DNA of 64,000 nt from an uncultured Bacteroidota bacterium (GTDB taxonomy: Bacteria > Bacteroidota > Ignavibacteria > UBA10030 > UBA6906), in the NCBI GenBank assembly GCA_963809695.1, contig CAWEKI010000010.1:606225-670224 (forward strand). Direction: 5' to 3'. Below are positions 54,026 to 63,585 of this stretch, in pieces. Position 1 is the stretch's first letter. Every line of letters starts with the position of its first letter. The position numbers and the translations under genes were made by a program. The notes below the pieces were generated by a model. It saw nothing but the letters and a program-made list of their open reading frames with translations. It was not told the origin of the DNA and ran no database searches.

Positions 54026-54058
54026 AAACCCCGATTCTGGTGCGAGTCGGGGTTTTTT
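54026..54058 (+). terminator. Rho-independent terminator
   Basis: AAACCCCGA-TTCTGGTGCGAG-TCGGGGTTT followed by TTT, 46 nt after the stop of the 53690..53980 gene. Confidence 0.7.
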
Positions 54059-54224
54059 GCTTACCGCCCTACCTTTTCGTAATGTATTTCGCCCCAATCA
54101 CCGGCAGCTCCCCTTTGATTAGCTCCACCGTCCCACGCAGGGTTTCGGCGACGAGCCGTACTAAAGAAATGAGGTCCCCATGTTCTTTGTATGTAGAAAA
54201 TATGGCGTATCCCCGCTACAAAAT

Positions 54225-54255
54225 GGAAATGCCCCTACTTGTCTGGGGCATTTCC
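54225..54255. terminator. Perfect 11-bp hairpin, terminator-like in both orientations
   Basis: GGAAATGCCCC-TACTTGTCT-GGGGCATTTCC. The minus-strand version is followed by ATTTTGTAG. It lies between convergent genes. Confidence 0.35.
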
Positions 54256-54365
54256 ATCTTATAACCGGCTCGACAGGGCTTTGAGATGCTAAGAGACTAC
54301 TGCGAACTCGCCCTGGCTGCCACAATCGTGCACGGTCTTCCTGTCACGACACGGCACAGACACAA

Positions 54366-54393
54366 GGAACCCCGGCTGCAACGCAGGGGTTCC
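54366..54393 (-). terminator. Terminator hairpin after the T9SS cargo gene
   Basis: GGAACCCC-(12 nt)-GGGGTTCC, 35 nt downstream of the stop at 54428. On the minus strand it is followed by TTGTGTCTGTG. Confidence 0.45.
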
Positions 54394-54427
54394 TGAAATG
54401 TTCATGACGGTTTTCCTTTCTTACACA

Positions 54428-57400
54428 TCATTTCGCCAGAATCATCTTCCGTGTCTGTACCAGACTGCCCGCCTGAAGTCTGAAGAAATAAACTCCACTG
54501 GCAAGTCTTCCCCCATCAAACCGGACGGAGTGGACTCCCACCGGCTTGTTCTCATCAACCAGGGTGGCTACTTCTCTCCCAAGGAGATCGAAGACCTTAA
54601 GAGTAACATGGCTGGGTGCAGAAAGCTGAAATTGAATCGATGTCGAGGGATTGAACGGGTTCGGATAGTTCTGCTCGAGCCTCGTCACCTGTGGCAAGGC
54701 TCCCAAGGGTAATTGGGCGACAGACGTGATGGTATACTTCGAGATGAGGTAGTTTTCCACTGCCTGCCGGTCTGCCTCGGCAAGGACGGTATCATAGACT
54801 ATCACCTCGGCGATGTCTCCTTTGAAAATTGCCGACACGAAATCGACATCCAGATGATCTGCCCCACCGATCCCCCCCACTCCCAGACCATCAGCACTCC
54901 CCAGGGGAACTGAGATGGCCATGTTTGTACTGGTTTGCGGACTGTCCACAGCCTCCTTTCCGCCAACGCGCAGGCTTGTGCTGTACATCAATTTGTCCGT
55001 CGTGATACTGAGCACCTTCCATTCCCCAAACGCAGCGATGCCAGGTAGTGTGGCATGCAGCCAGCTACTTGTGCCGGCAAACGGATCAATGATGTCCGGA
55101 GAATTTCCGGAAAAGTCGTTTCTCATGGACAGCCCGTAGATTTGCCCGTCATGATATGTATCACCGAGCGTGACGGGATAGTAGGGGTGTAGCCCTGTGG
55201 CTCCGGATTCCACCTTGAAAACCAGGAACATGCTGATTTGGTGCATCGGCGTTGTTCCGGTCAGTCCCACCCGATCGTTGGCACCATCAAATCGCAGCAC
55301 CGGCTTCCCATTGAGCGCCCCAGCTACCAGGAGCGGTTGCCGCGCCATATCGGCCTGGATGGCGTCGTTGCCGTGGCCGCTCTGGTCGTGCCACCTGCTC
55401 ACGCTCCCGTTGAGTGTGTCGACGCCGGCATCGGCTTTCAGCCAGAGCTGGAGACCGGCATTGGGTATTGAGGGTTGTGACAACCCATATTTCGTCGCGA
55501 GATAGGTTTCAACTGCTTGCCGTGCCGAGTCGGTGAGCGCTGAGCCGTAGACGAGAACCTCGGCGACATGGCAGCGGGCAATGAGGTAGGCAAGCGGATT
55601 TCCTTTTGTCATCCCAAGTCCGCCATACTCGGAGACGGTAGCGGTGCCCAGCGGTACGGAGAGGGGAGTATTGACCCCGCCCTGGGGTGTTATCGTTGCA
55701 GCAACTCCGTTGACATGCATTGTGGTGTTCCACATGTTCTGGTTTGCAGTCACGCAAATGAGCTTCCACTTGCCGAATGCCGCACACCCCGACCCGGGAG
55801 CCACCGCGCGGACCCAGCTATTCTCGCTCAAATACGGGTCGATCTCGTCCGGTGAATTGTTGGAGAAACCATTCCGCATGGAGAGGCCATAGGTTTGAGC
55901 CGAGTCGCCGAGGGTGATCGGGTAATAGTAATGATTGTCCGCGGCGCCGGAGTCGATCTCCTCGACGATGAAGATGCTGAACTGGGACATGCGTGTCGTC
56001 CCTGTGAACCCCAGGCGATCGTTCACTCCGTCAAACATCAGCGCAGGCTTGCCGCCGTAGACAGCGTCCTTCACTAGGAGCGGCTGCCGGGAGGTATCGG
56101 GCTGAAGGGCATCATTGCCGTTGCCACTCAAATCCTTCCATGTGCTCACTTTCGGGCCATTGAGGATCAGGCCTGAGTCCGCCTGGAGCCAGAGTTGCAG
56201 GTTTGCGGTGGGCACTGGCGCCTCGGACGGCTTGAAGAAGTGGTCAGCCACCCAATCTGCAACCTTTTGCGCGATCGCCGCGCCGACCTCCACCGAATTG
56301 CGGTAGTGCATGCCCCCATACACCCGCGCATTAATGACTTCTCTCACGATGCTGTCCGTGCTTGCGTATGTGTGATACGTCATCGGCGAACCGGGGACAG
56401 AAGCACTCGTCAATGTGATGTCAAGTGCCGAAGTTCCAAAGTACCTTTCAAGGCCATACGCCAGCCCTCCGGTAACATATCCGTGCGCAGCAGGATATTC
56501 CGGATGGCCGGGCGTTATGCCAAGTGGCAGCCATGCGGTATCAGGTTCCGTGTTTGGATTGCCGTCGGTATCTGCGGCCCTGATTGCCGTCACCGGCCTC
56601 CAGAAATTGTAGTGGAATTTCGAGTCCCATGCGGCAATGACTGCATCGCCGATCGTCACATACATCTGGGCGAAGAACCGTGCAATCTCTGCAACCGACA
56701 TGTTGCGCGAAGAGTCAATCAAACGAAGATTGCGGCCAAGTTGTGTGGCCGGATTGTCCAGGTAGAACTGGCCGGTCGCCGTTTGCTGAGGGGTCCGTGC
56801 AGAATTGTCGCGCACGCCATACTGCTTGGACTCATTAAAGTCGCGCGTGTAGATCTCGCTCGTGATCTCTGGCGGCGCAGGAGCGCGAAACTGCGAGTCG
56901 GAGACCATGGCAAACGGCTTCAGATGAGCGATCCAGGGTGTCTGCGGCGTGGCAGGAGGCGGCGGGGCTCCGGGTGTCAACTGGTAGACTCCCGGTCCGG
57001 AACCAAACGTGTACGGGATCACGGCATTCCTGCCATCATCGGCGCGCAACGCCAGGAAACGCTCCGCAACTTCGGTCCCGATCGCGATGCCTCGTGTTTT
57101 GGCGTCATTGTTGGGCACATCCACCAGAGCGTGTGCGTACACTGAATCCAGGTACAGCCCCTGGTCGGGATAAAACCGCACGAGCACGGTATATGCCGCC
57201 GCAGCGATCGCCGCATCCTCTGAAGCCCACGGTGCGGCGTTGGACGGGCGTACGGCGAAAGGGGTGTACTTGCCGTCGATGGCATTGACCGCATCGTACA
57301 TTGCAATGTGAACATAGACCATATCCACAATGTTGGCTCCCGCCGGCCTGCCCGTCTTCAGTAGCACAACATTTGCGATGGCGTTCCAGTCGCTTACCGG

Positions 57401-57481
57401 GTCGGCGTGAGCTCGACTCGCGGATGAAAGCAGCGCCAGCGTAACAGCAAGGGCTATGCCTTGCGTTGTGAAGCTTTTCAT
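54428..57481 (-). CDS. T9SS-secreted multidomain protein: PAP2/vanadium-haloperoxidase-like domain, two LamG (concanavalin-like lectin) domains and a Por C-terminal sorting domain
   Basis: I prefer the ATG at 57481, giving the signal peptide MKSFTTQGIALAVTLALLSSASRAHA; the ORF-track start at 57541 is GTG. PAP2 motifs are PGHPEYPAAHG and GGMHYRNS. Two ~240-aa paralogous modules follow (..ANLQLWLQADSG..NGNDA..FDGVNDRLGF.. and ..AGLQLWLKADAG..HGNDA..FDGANDRVGL..). The C-terminus is LEQNYPNPFNPST...GVYFFRLQAGSLVQTRKMILAK. Confidence 0.8.
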   Translation of the reverse strand: MKSFTTQGIALAVTLALLSSASRAHADPVSDWNAIANVVLLKTGRPAGANIVDMVYVHIAMYDAVNAIDGKYTPFAVRPSNAAPWASEDAAIAAAAYTVLVRFYPDQGLYLDSVYAHALVDVPNNDAKTRGIAIGTEVAERFLALRADDGRNAVIPYTFGSGPGVYQLTPGAPPPPATPQTPWIAHLKPFAMVSDSQFRAPAPPEITSEIYTRDFNESKQYGVRDNSARTPQQTATGQFYLDNPATQLGRNLRLIDSSRNMSVAEIARFFAQMYVTIGDAVIAAWDSKFHYNFWRPVTAIRAADTDGNPNTEPDTAWLPLGITPGHPEYPAAHGYVTGGLAYGLERYFGTSALDITLTSASVPGSPMTYHTYASTDSIVREVINARVYGGMHYRNSVEVGAAIAQKVADWVADHFFKPSEAPVPTANLQLWLQADSGLILNGPKVSTWKDLSGNGNDALQPDTSRQPLLVKDAVYGGKPALMFDGVNDRLGFTGTTRMSQFSIFIVEEIDSGAADNHYYYPITLGDSAQTYGLSMRNGFSNNSPDEIDPYLSENSWVRAVAPGSGCAAFGKWKLICVTANQNMWNTTMHVNGVAATITPQGGVNTPLSVPLGTATVSEYGGLGMTKGNPLAYLIARCHVAEVLVYGSALTDSARQAVETYLATKYGLSQPSIPNAGLQLWLKADAGVDTLNGSVSRWHDQSGHGNDAIQADMARQPLLVAGALNGKPVLRFDGANDRVGLTGTTPMHQISMFLVFKVESGATGLHPYYPVTLGDTYHDGQIYGLSMRNDFSGNSPDIIDPFAGTSSWLHATLPGIAAFGEWKVLSITTDKLMYSTSLRVGGKEAVDSPQTSTNMAISVPLGSADGLGVGGIGGADHLDVDFVSAIFKGDIAEVIVYDTVLAEADRQAVENYLISKYTITSVAQLPLGALPQVTRLEQNYPNPFNPSTSIQFQLSAPSHVTLKVFDLLGREVATLVDENKPVGVHSVRFDGGRLASGVYFFRLQAGSLVQTRKMILAK

Positions 57482-57632
57482 GTAACCCCCTATAATGGTT
57501 AAGTATTGAAGTTGGAATGAATGGTGGAAGGGGGTCAACACTCATGCCAGGATGGAATCGGCGAAACCAATCGGAATGAAGCTATAAGCTGGGGAGGATG
57601 TTCGATTTCGGCCGAAGCGTTGGCCGGAATCG

Positions 57633-57647
57633 GGCAATCTAGTGCCC
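57633..57647 (-). promoter_or_regulatory. Sigma-54 (-24/-12)-like element upstream of the T9SS cargo gene (tentative)
   Basis: The minus strand reads GGGGCACTAGATTGC, giving GG-N10-GC and a TTGC -12 box. The GGCAC block sits 1 nt closer to TTGC than in the TGGCAC-N5-TTGC consensus. It is ~150 nt upstream of the ATG at 57481 and directly downstream of a sigma-54 activator gene. Confidence 0.3.
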
Positions 57648-57701
57648 CTTCAATTTATTCTGGCGCTGTGTTTTTCCAAGAGGAATAAATTGAAGGGGCA
57701 C
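57640..57701. repeat. Perfect 20-bp inverted repeat (palindromic element copy 1)
   Basis: AGTGCCCCTTCAATTTATTC (57640-57659) pairs with GAATAAATTGAAGGGGCACT (57682-57701). The loop is 22 nt. Confidence 0.7.
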
Positions 57702-57731
57702 TGTGGGCTGAACGTGCGAGGGTTCCGGGAA

Positions 57732-57788
57732 AGTGCCATTTCAAATTAATCCACCAAAAACGTAGGCAGATTAATTTGAAACGGCACT
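57732..57788. repeat. Near-perfect 20-bp inverted repeat (palindromic element copy 2), overlapping the activator stop codon
   Basis: AGTGCCATTTCAAATTAATC (57732-57751) pairs with GATTAATTTGAAACGGCACT (57769-57788) with one mismatch and a 17-nt loop. It shares AGTGCC..TTCAA with copy 1. Confidence 0.7.
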
Positions 57789-59316
57789 AGGAGTTCTTGA
57801 TCCTGAATTTCTCGATACGCCTTTGCAGCGTATGCCTGTCGATTCCCAACAACCTGGCAGACTTCGAGACATTACCATCACCTTGCTGGAGCACCAAGCA
57901 GACCACTTGCTTCTCCAGCTCTTCAAGAAGATCCCCGCCGGGGCTCATGGTACGAAGCTGTTCCAGTGCAGCAACAAGATGCGTATCGGCTGCGTTTCCA
58001 CCCCCGATTCCCTGCAATCGCAGATCGGAGGGGTTTATATCGCCCGGAGGCGTAAATATGCAGAGCCGTTCGATGGCGTTACGTAGCTCACGAACATTTC
58101 CGCTCCAGGGAAACGACTGCAGTGCTAAGAGGGTATCGTGAGTGAATCGGTGCCGGCCACGGGAAAAATCGTTTAGAAATGCCGCCGCAAGCAGGGGGAT
58201 GTCCTCGCGCCGTTCCCGTAAAGGAGGGAGAATGACGGGGACGACGTTCAGCCGATGGAAAAGATCCTCCCGGAACACGCCTCCACTGACGGCCAGCCGC
58301 AGGTCTTTGCTGCTTGCGGCGACGACACGAACATCCGTGTCGATTTCCATGGATGACCCCAAGCGGTAGAAGCTTCGCTCCTCGAGGCAGCGCAAGAGCT
58401 TTGGCTGGAGGCTCAGAGGCATTTCGGCGATCTCATCCAGGAACAGTGTGCCCTCGTGAGCGAGCTCGAATTTCCCCCTTTGCGGTCCTGATGCGCCTGT
58501 GAATGCTCCCCGTTCGTGCCCGAAGAGTTCCGATTCGAAAAGCGTTTCCGGAATTGCGGAGCAATTGATCGCCACAAAAGGATTCTTCGCTCTCGGACTT
58601 TCAAGATGTATAGCCCGTGCCACAAGTTCCTTGCCGGTTCCGGTCTCACCCACAAGAAGGACTGTGGCACTGGATGGCGCAACAGCGCTAATCTTCCGCC
58701 GAAGCTCCTGAATGCTTGGGCTGTTACCAAGGATCTCTTTCGCGCCATGTCTCTGATGTAGGGTTGCCGTTAGGCGAAGGTTTTCTTGAAACAACGTCTC
58801 GTGCAACCGGACGTGAGTGATAAATCTGACAGCGAATGAGGCGATGGTTTCTGCAAGCCGGAGAGCATCTTGCGTGAACTCCGCTCCGCCCCGATAGTTG
58901 GTCATGTTGATGATGCCAAGCGTGTTGCCTGAAGCGGCAAGCGGAACCGCGAGGACAGAACCCATCTCGCACCATCGCGCCGGAGGATCCTTGATATGCA
59001 ACTCCTCAATTATGTCATGCCCGAAGAGCGGCCGGCCATGATGCTCAATCCACCCTGCAACCAGGAGATTGAGTCCGTGATCGATTCCGCCGATCGATGA
59101 ACGGGAACTGCGGACGAGTGTCTGAACCGTGGCTTTGGAATTGGGATGAAAGAGCAGGACGACCACATGGTCAGCATGGCAGAGCTTGACAGACGTGTCC
59201 ACAATCCCCGCAAGAACTTCATCGACGGTCGAAGCTACCCCGACCGATCCTGCCAGGCTGGTGAGTTCCTCCAACTCGTGGATCCGTTGTCGCAGTACGC
59301 GCACTTCGTCGCTCAT
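57787..59316 (-). CDS. Sigma-54-dependent transcriptional activator (GAF sensor, AAA+ domain, Fis-type HTH)
   Basis: 509 aa with Walker A (VGETGTGKE), the GAFTGA loop (ESELFGHERGAFTGA), RVVAASS...FREDLFHRL and a C-terminal HTH (NVSKSARLLGIDRHTLQRRI). The N-terminal region is GAF-like. Confidence 0.9.
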   Translation of the reverse strand: MSDEVRVLRQRIHELEELTSLAGSVGVASTVDEVLAGIVDTSVKLCHADHVVVLLFHPNSKATVQTLVRSSRSSIGGIDHGLNLLVAGWIEHHGRPLFGHDIIEELHIKDPPARWCEMGSVLAVPLAASGNTLGIINMTNYRGGAEFTQDALRLAETIASFAVRFITHVRLHETLFQENLRLTATLHQRHGAKEILGNSPSIQELRRKISAVAPSSATVLLVGETGTGKELVARAIHLESPRAKNPFVAINCSAIPETLFESELFGHERGAFTGASGPQRGKFELAHEGTLFLDEIAEMPLSLQPKLLRCLEERSFYRLGSSMEIDTDVRVVAASSKDLRLAVSGGVFREDLFHRLNVVPVILPPLRERREDIPLLAAAFLNDFSRGRHRFTHDTLLALQSFPWSGNVRELRNAIERLCIFTPPGDINPSDLRLQGIGGGNAADTHLVAALEQLRTMSPGGDLLEELEKQVVCLVLQQGDGNVSKSARLLGIDRHTLQRRIEKFRIKNS

Positions 59317-59470
59317 GGACCCGTCTTCCGGATGATATTTCCCGAATTCTCACTGAAAGGGGGAACAATGCAGAAGGTCAAAACGTTCATTCGGGTGGCA
59401 CATTGGTTTCTGCCGAAGTGAACGCATATTGGCGACTTCGGGAGAAGTCAAGCCCAAGGGGTCCTCCGCG

Positions 59471-61714
59471 ATGGTCGGTAAGCAATTCTTGCACTACGAA
59501 ATACTGGAAAAACTGGGGGAAGGCGGCGCAAGTGTGGTTTACAGAGCGGTGGACCGGCGACTCAACCGTCTTGTTGCGATCAAATTTCTCTCACCTCGCG
59601 TTGCAGGTTCCAAAGAGCAGCGTGCCCGGCTAGAGCGCGAAGCGCGGACAATCTCTGCACTCAACCACCCATCCATCGCAACGTTATTCGACATCGGCAC
59701 TTATGAGAAACAGCAATTCCTGGTCCTTGAATACCTCCCGGGAGGGACGCTCAGGAACCAGGTGAAACGCCTCACAAAGGCCGGCCAGTTCCTCCCCTTC
59801 TCGACGATACTCGAATATGGCGGCCAGATCGCCGCCGGGCTCGAATATGCCCATAAACGCGGCATCATTCACCGCGATATCAAGACAGACAACATCATGC
59901 TTGCCGAGGACGGAGCCGTCAAGATCACCGATTTTGGCGTCGCGAAGCTTCAAGGGATCTCACACCTCACCAAGGAGGGTGAGCCTGTTGGCACTCTCGC
60001 ATACATGCCCCCCGAACAGTTCAAGGGGGAAGAGGTTGACGAGCGCGCCGACATTTACTCGTTTGGCGTTGTTTTGTATGAGCTGCTCACCGGGCAGCTC
60101 CCCTTTCGGGGCAACAATGAGGCAACGATGCTATACTCAATCCTCAATGAGGTCCCGCAACCCGTCTCGGCAGCTCGTCCCGAAACTCCGGAGGCGCTCG
60201 TTGAGATTGTGTGCCAAATGCTTAACAAGGAAACCGGTTCTCGTCCCCGGTCAATGGACGAGCTTCAACAGAGAATGCAGGCTCCCCATGTCCGCCAGAA
60301 GCTTTCACTTACCCTCGGAGAGCATCTTCTTGGAAAAACCGCGTCTGTCGCTGTCATGCCGTTCGCATGCCTCAGTACCGAAAAAGAGAATGAGTACTTC
60401 GCGGAAGGCATCACGGAAGATTTAATCCATGCCCTTGCGCAAATCCCGTCGCTTCATGTGCCGGCCAGGACTTCCTCGTTTGCCCTTCGCGACGAAAAGG
60501 ACCTTCGTTCCGTGGGCTACAAGCTCAACGTGCAGCACATTGTCGAAGGGAGTTTCCGCCGTTTCGAGTCGAAAGTGAGGCTAACGGCCAGGCTCGTGAA
60601 CGTTCACACCGGTTTCGAGGAATGGTCTGCCTCCTTCGACCGCGACATGCGCGACATTTTTGCCCTCCAGGTGGAAATCGCACGGACCATTGCAGAGGCA
60701 CTCCAGGTGGAGCTTGCGAGAGAACCAGGCGCGGCGCTTGCGCTCGCCCGAATGACTAATATTGAGGCTTACGAGTTGTGCCTGAAGGGACGCTATTACT
60801 GGGCCAGACGTCCGGTAGGAATTGCGAATGCAATTCAGTACTTCAAGCAGGCTTTGGAACTTGACCCAAATTACACTCCAGCCCTCACCGGCCTCGCGGA
60901 TTGTTACAACACCCTGGGGGCATGGGAAAACGGCTCGGAACCGCCCCGCACGGTCATGCCCCTCGGATTGTCCCACGCTGACAAAGCCTTGAAACTGGAA
61001 GAGCACTCTGCGGAGGCCCATACATCAAGAGCATACTGCCTCTTCCACTTTCATCGGGACTGGTTTACCGCTGAACATGAATTTCGCCGGGCAATCGAAC
61101 TCAACCCAAACTACCCCGCAGCACACCACTGGTTTTCCCACTTTTTGACCGCAAGGGGAAGAACGGAAGAGTCCCTGGTCGAGAGCAAGCGGGCGCTGGA
61201 ACTGGACCCGCTCGACATGATGATGAACGTCCACCTGGCATGGCACTATCAACTGGCGGGACAATTTGACGAAGCCCTAAAGCAGTCGTTACGTTCCGTT
61301 CGTATGGAACCAGGTTGGCATTGGTCTCATTTCTTCCTTGGCTGGGCGTACGAACAAAAGTCAAAGATGAGTGAAGCGATCGAGGCTTTGTCAAAGAGCG
61401 TTGAGTTCTCCGGCGGTCACACGGTCATGATGGGCGCGCTGGGCCACGCATACGGGCGGGCTGGTGACGTTGCCAAAGCTCGGGAGATCCTTCACCACCT
61501 TACGACTATCGCAAAGTCCAAGTACGTTGCATCTTACGAAATTGGATTAATCCACTTTGCGCTCGGCAATCTGGACGAGGGGTTTCACTGGCTTGAAAAG
61601 GCCACTGAAGAGCGCTCCGGATGGCTGGTATACCTCACGCGTGAACCGCGGCTCAAATTTCTTCACTCCGATTCGCGATTTCAAGACCTGATCGAGCGCG
61701 TGTCATTGAAATAG
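59471..61714 (+). CDS. Ser/Thr protein kinase with C-terminal TPR repeats
   Basis: I prefer the ATG at 59471; the ORF-track start is TTG. Hanks motifs are GEGGASVVY, VAIKF, HRDIKTDNIML, DFGVAKL and GTLAYMPPE. The C-terminal half contains TPR-like repeats (..ALELDPNY.., ..AIELNPNY.., ..ALELDP..). It is transcribed divergently from the sigma-54 activator. Confidence 0.85.
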   Translation: MVGKQFLHYEILEKLGEGGASVVYRAVDRRLNRLVAIKFLSPRVAGSKEQRARLEREARTISALNHPSIATLFDIGTYEKQQFLVLEYLPGGTLRNQVKRLTKAGQFLPFSTILEYGGQIAAGLEYAHKRGIIHRDIKTDNIMLAEDGAVKITDFGVAKLQGISHLTKEGEPVGTLAYMPPEQFKGEEVDERADIYSFGVVLYELLTGQLPFRGNNEATMLYSILNEVPQPVSAARPETPEALVEIVCQMLNKETGSRPRSMDELQQRMQAPHVRQKLSLTLGEHLLGKTASVAVMPFACLSTEKENEYFAEGITEDLIHALAQIPSLHVPARTSSFALRDEKDLRSVGYKLNVQHIVEGSFRRFESKVRLTARLVNVHTGFEEWSASFDRDMRDIFALQVEIARTIAEALQVELAREPGAALALARMTNIEAYELCLKGRYYWARRPVGIANAIQYFKQALELDPNYTPALTGLADCYNTLGAWENGSEPPRTVMPLGLSHADKALKLEEHSAEAHTSRAYCLFHFHRDWFTAEHEFRRAIELNPNYPAAHHWFSHFLTARGRTEESLVESKRALELDPLDMMMNVHLAWHYQLAGQFDEALKQSLRSVRMEPGWHWSHFFLGWAYEQKSKMSEAIEALSKSVEFSGGHTVMMGALGHAYGRAGDVAKAREILHHLTTIAKSKYVASYEIGLIHFALGNLDEGFHWLEKATEERSGWLVYLTREPRLKFLHSDSRFQDLIERVSLK

Positions 61715-61741
61715 CCCACTCCGATTCCAGTCCAGAAACGG

Positions 61742-61773
61742 CAAAGCCCCTTCCGTCGACCGGCGGGGCTTTG
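61742..61773 (+). terminator. Terminator hairpin after the kinase gene
   Basis: CAAAGCCCC-(14 nt)-GGGGCTTTG, 28 nt after the stop. The T-tract is weak. Confidence 0.45.
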
Positions 61774-62034
61774 AGAGTGTTTGTAGCCTTGGTTTCGTGC
61801 TGTCTCTCCCTTCCTATAGGAATGGGGAGCCCTCCGCCTCGATCCCAAACTCACGATGGCACTGAATCATTGATTGGGCTCGATGGATCCATAGCGGGGA
61901 GGCCAACATTGATGCTCGACCCTCGTGCATACTGAAGGCCTTGCCACTGATTCGATTTGGCGGACGGTATGCGAAGGTACGAGATGCTAAGAAGAGATTT
62001 GACATGTCAACCCCTTCAACCAATCCTCTATCGG

Positions 62035-62547
62035 TTACTTCAAGAGAAGGAACCTTCGAGTCTGGACGAAATCCCCCGCTCCGCTCTTGGAGTCGCGCCC
62101 GATGGCGGAGTCCAGAGGGCGGACCTGCAGGCGGTAGAAGTACATTCCGCTTGATAATCCTGATGCGTCGAACTTGACCTCGTGAACTCCCGCATTCCTT
62201 CTCTCATTCACCAGCACGGACACCTGGCGACCAAGAACATCGTACACGCTCAGGTTCACCTGTGATGCTCTCGGCAACTCGTACTTGATGGTCGTGCTCG
62301 GGTTGAAGGGATTCGGATAGTTCTGCAGCAACGCAAAGGCCTTCGGCATCTCCTCAGTCGGTTCGACAGCAGTTGTTCCACCTGTACCCTTGAGGTAAAC
62401 GCTTGTTCTTGGTGCATTCGACGCATTGCTTGCGAAGATGATTGAGTCTCGAACGATACCAATGGCATGATAGGAGAACGAATCCTGTTGAGCTACGAGC
62501 GCGCATCCTGCCTCACGCGCGCGGACGTGCGCGCTCGTCCGCGCCAA
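62035..62547 (-). pseudogene. Orphan T9SS C-terminal sorting domain, probably a remnant of a larger cargo gene
   Basis: The C-terminal ~100 aa form a complete Por-type CTD (LLQNYPNPFNPSTTIKYEL...VYDVLGRQVSVLV...GMYFYRLQV...VQTRRFLLLK). The ORF has no ATG start or signal peptide, only ~70 aa precede the CTD, and it abuts the DinB gene. Confidence 0.45.
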
Positions 62548-62570
62548 CCGGTTGTTAGGCCGTTCCTCAT

Positions 62571-63053
62571 TTACGCAGCCGTAGTCCCGGCCAAGGCGCG
62601 CTTCAGCAGCGCGATCTGGCCAGCATGATACATGTTGTGCTGAATGACCCCGATGAACTGCATGTACGCGGTGTAGGGAGCCTCGGGTACGAGGGGGTCA
62701 TCCAGCCGTTCGACCGGAAAGTCCCGCACTGCCTGTCGCAGCTTCTTGTTCCGTAGCTTGAGCTCCTGCACCGTCTGCTGCCAGTTCTCCTCGGTTGATG
62801 CCGGACATGCAGGCCAATCTTCAGCCGCCGTAAGCTGGCGCCCATCGCCCGCCAATCTCCGGAGTACCAGGTCATAGTCACTGGCAATATGAAGCACGAG
62901 TTCCCAGATGCTATGCGCACCGGCGATGGGATGGCTCGCCGCTTGCGCCTCGGAAAGGCCGGCCAGCAATTCGAGTACCGATAGCCCGTGCCACGCCTCG
63001 CCCTCAAGCACTCGCCTGAGCTGCTCCTCCAGTCGGTTGACTTCCGTGGTCAT
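62571..63053 (-). CDS. DinB-family (DinB_2) metal-dependent four-helix-bundle protein
   Basis: It shows the pattern ..AWHG.S..ELL..L...QA..HP..GAHSIWELVLHI...........HNMYHAGQIALLKR. I prefer the ATG at 63053 (RBS GGTGGAGCGA); the ORF-track start at 63062 is GTG. Confidence 0.8.
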   Translation of the reverse strand: MTTEVNRLEEQLRRVLEGEAWHGLSVLELLAGLSEAQAASHPIAGAHSIWELVLHIASDYDLVLRRLAGDGRQLTAAEDWPACPASTEENWQQTVQELKLRNKKLRQAVRDFPVERLDDPLVPEAPYTAYMQFIGVIQHNMYHAGQIALLKRALAGTTAA

Positions 63054-63585
63054 TCGCTCCACCCACCTTTCTATCGACCTAACATTGCACTGCCCTTCAT
63101 GTCATGAGGGCCGGGCATGACGCATAACGTTTACCAAAAGCACGCAGTGCAGTTTGCCCCTATGTGAATTACCACCGCCAAAGGGGGTGGCTTCAGAACA
63201 GCGTCTCGCCTCTATAAACTACCCTGGTCCTTTTCCTCCCGCTTCTCTTCCTTTTCCTGGTAGTGGACATATCTGCGGATCGTGCCCATGTAGTCGGACA
63301 CCGCGACCTTCGGTGGAAACGAAACCACCACATGGTAGGTACATATAGTAGATCAAATGCGAGAGTTTCTTATATTTGCTCATGCGATGAATCTACTACC
63401 TTTTTCCGGCAAAGCCAACTGTCATCACCACTGCCCTAGACAGTGGCTTACTGCTTCTCATGAATCCAAGAAGGCGGGCAGGCACTGATAATTGATCCGT
63501 GCTTCCAGTCACGCGGTACGGCCAATATTGCATTAGCGTTCAGGAATTCTTAAGTTGACTGCCAATTATCCAGAGCACACCTCGG

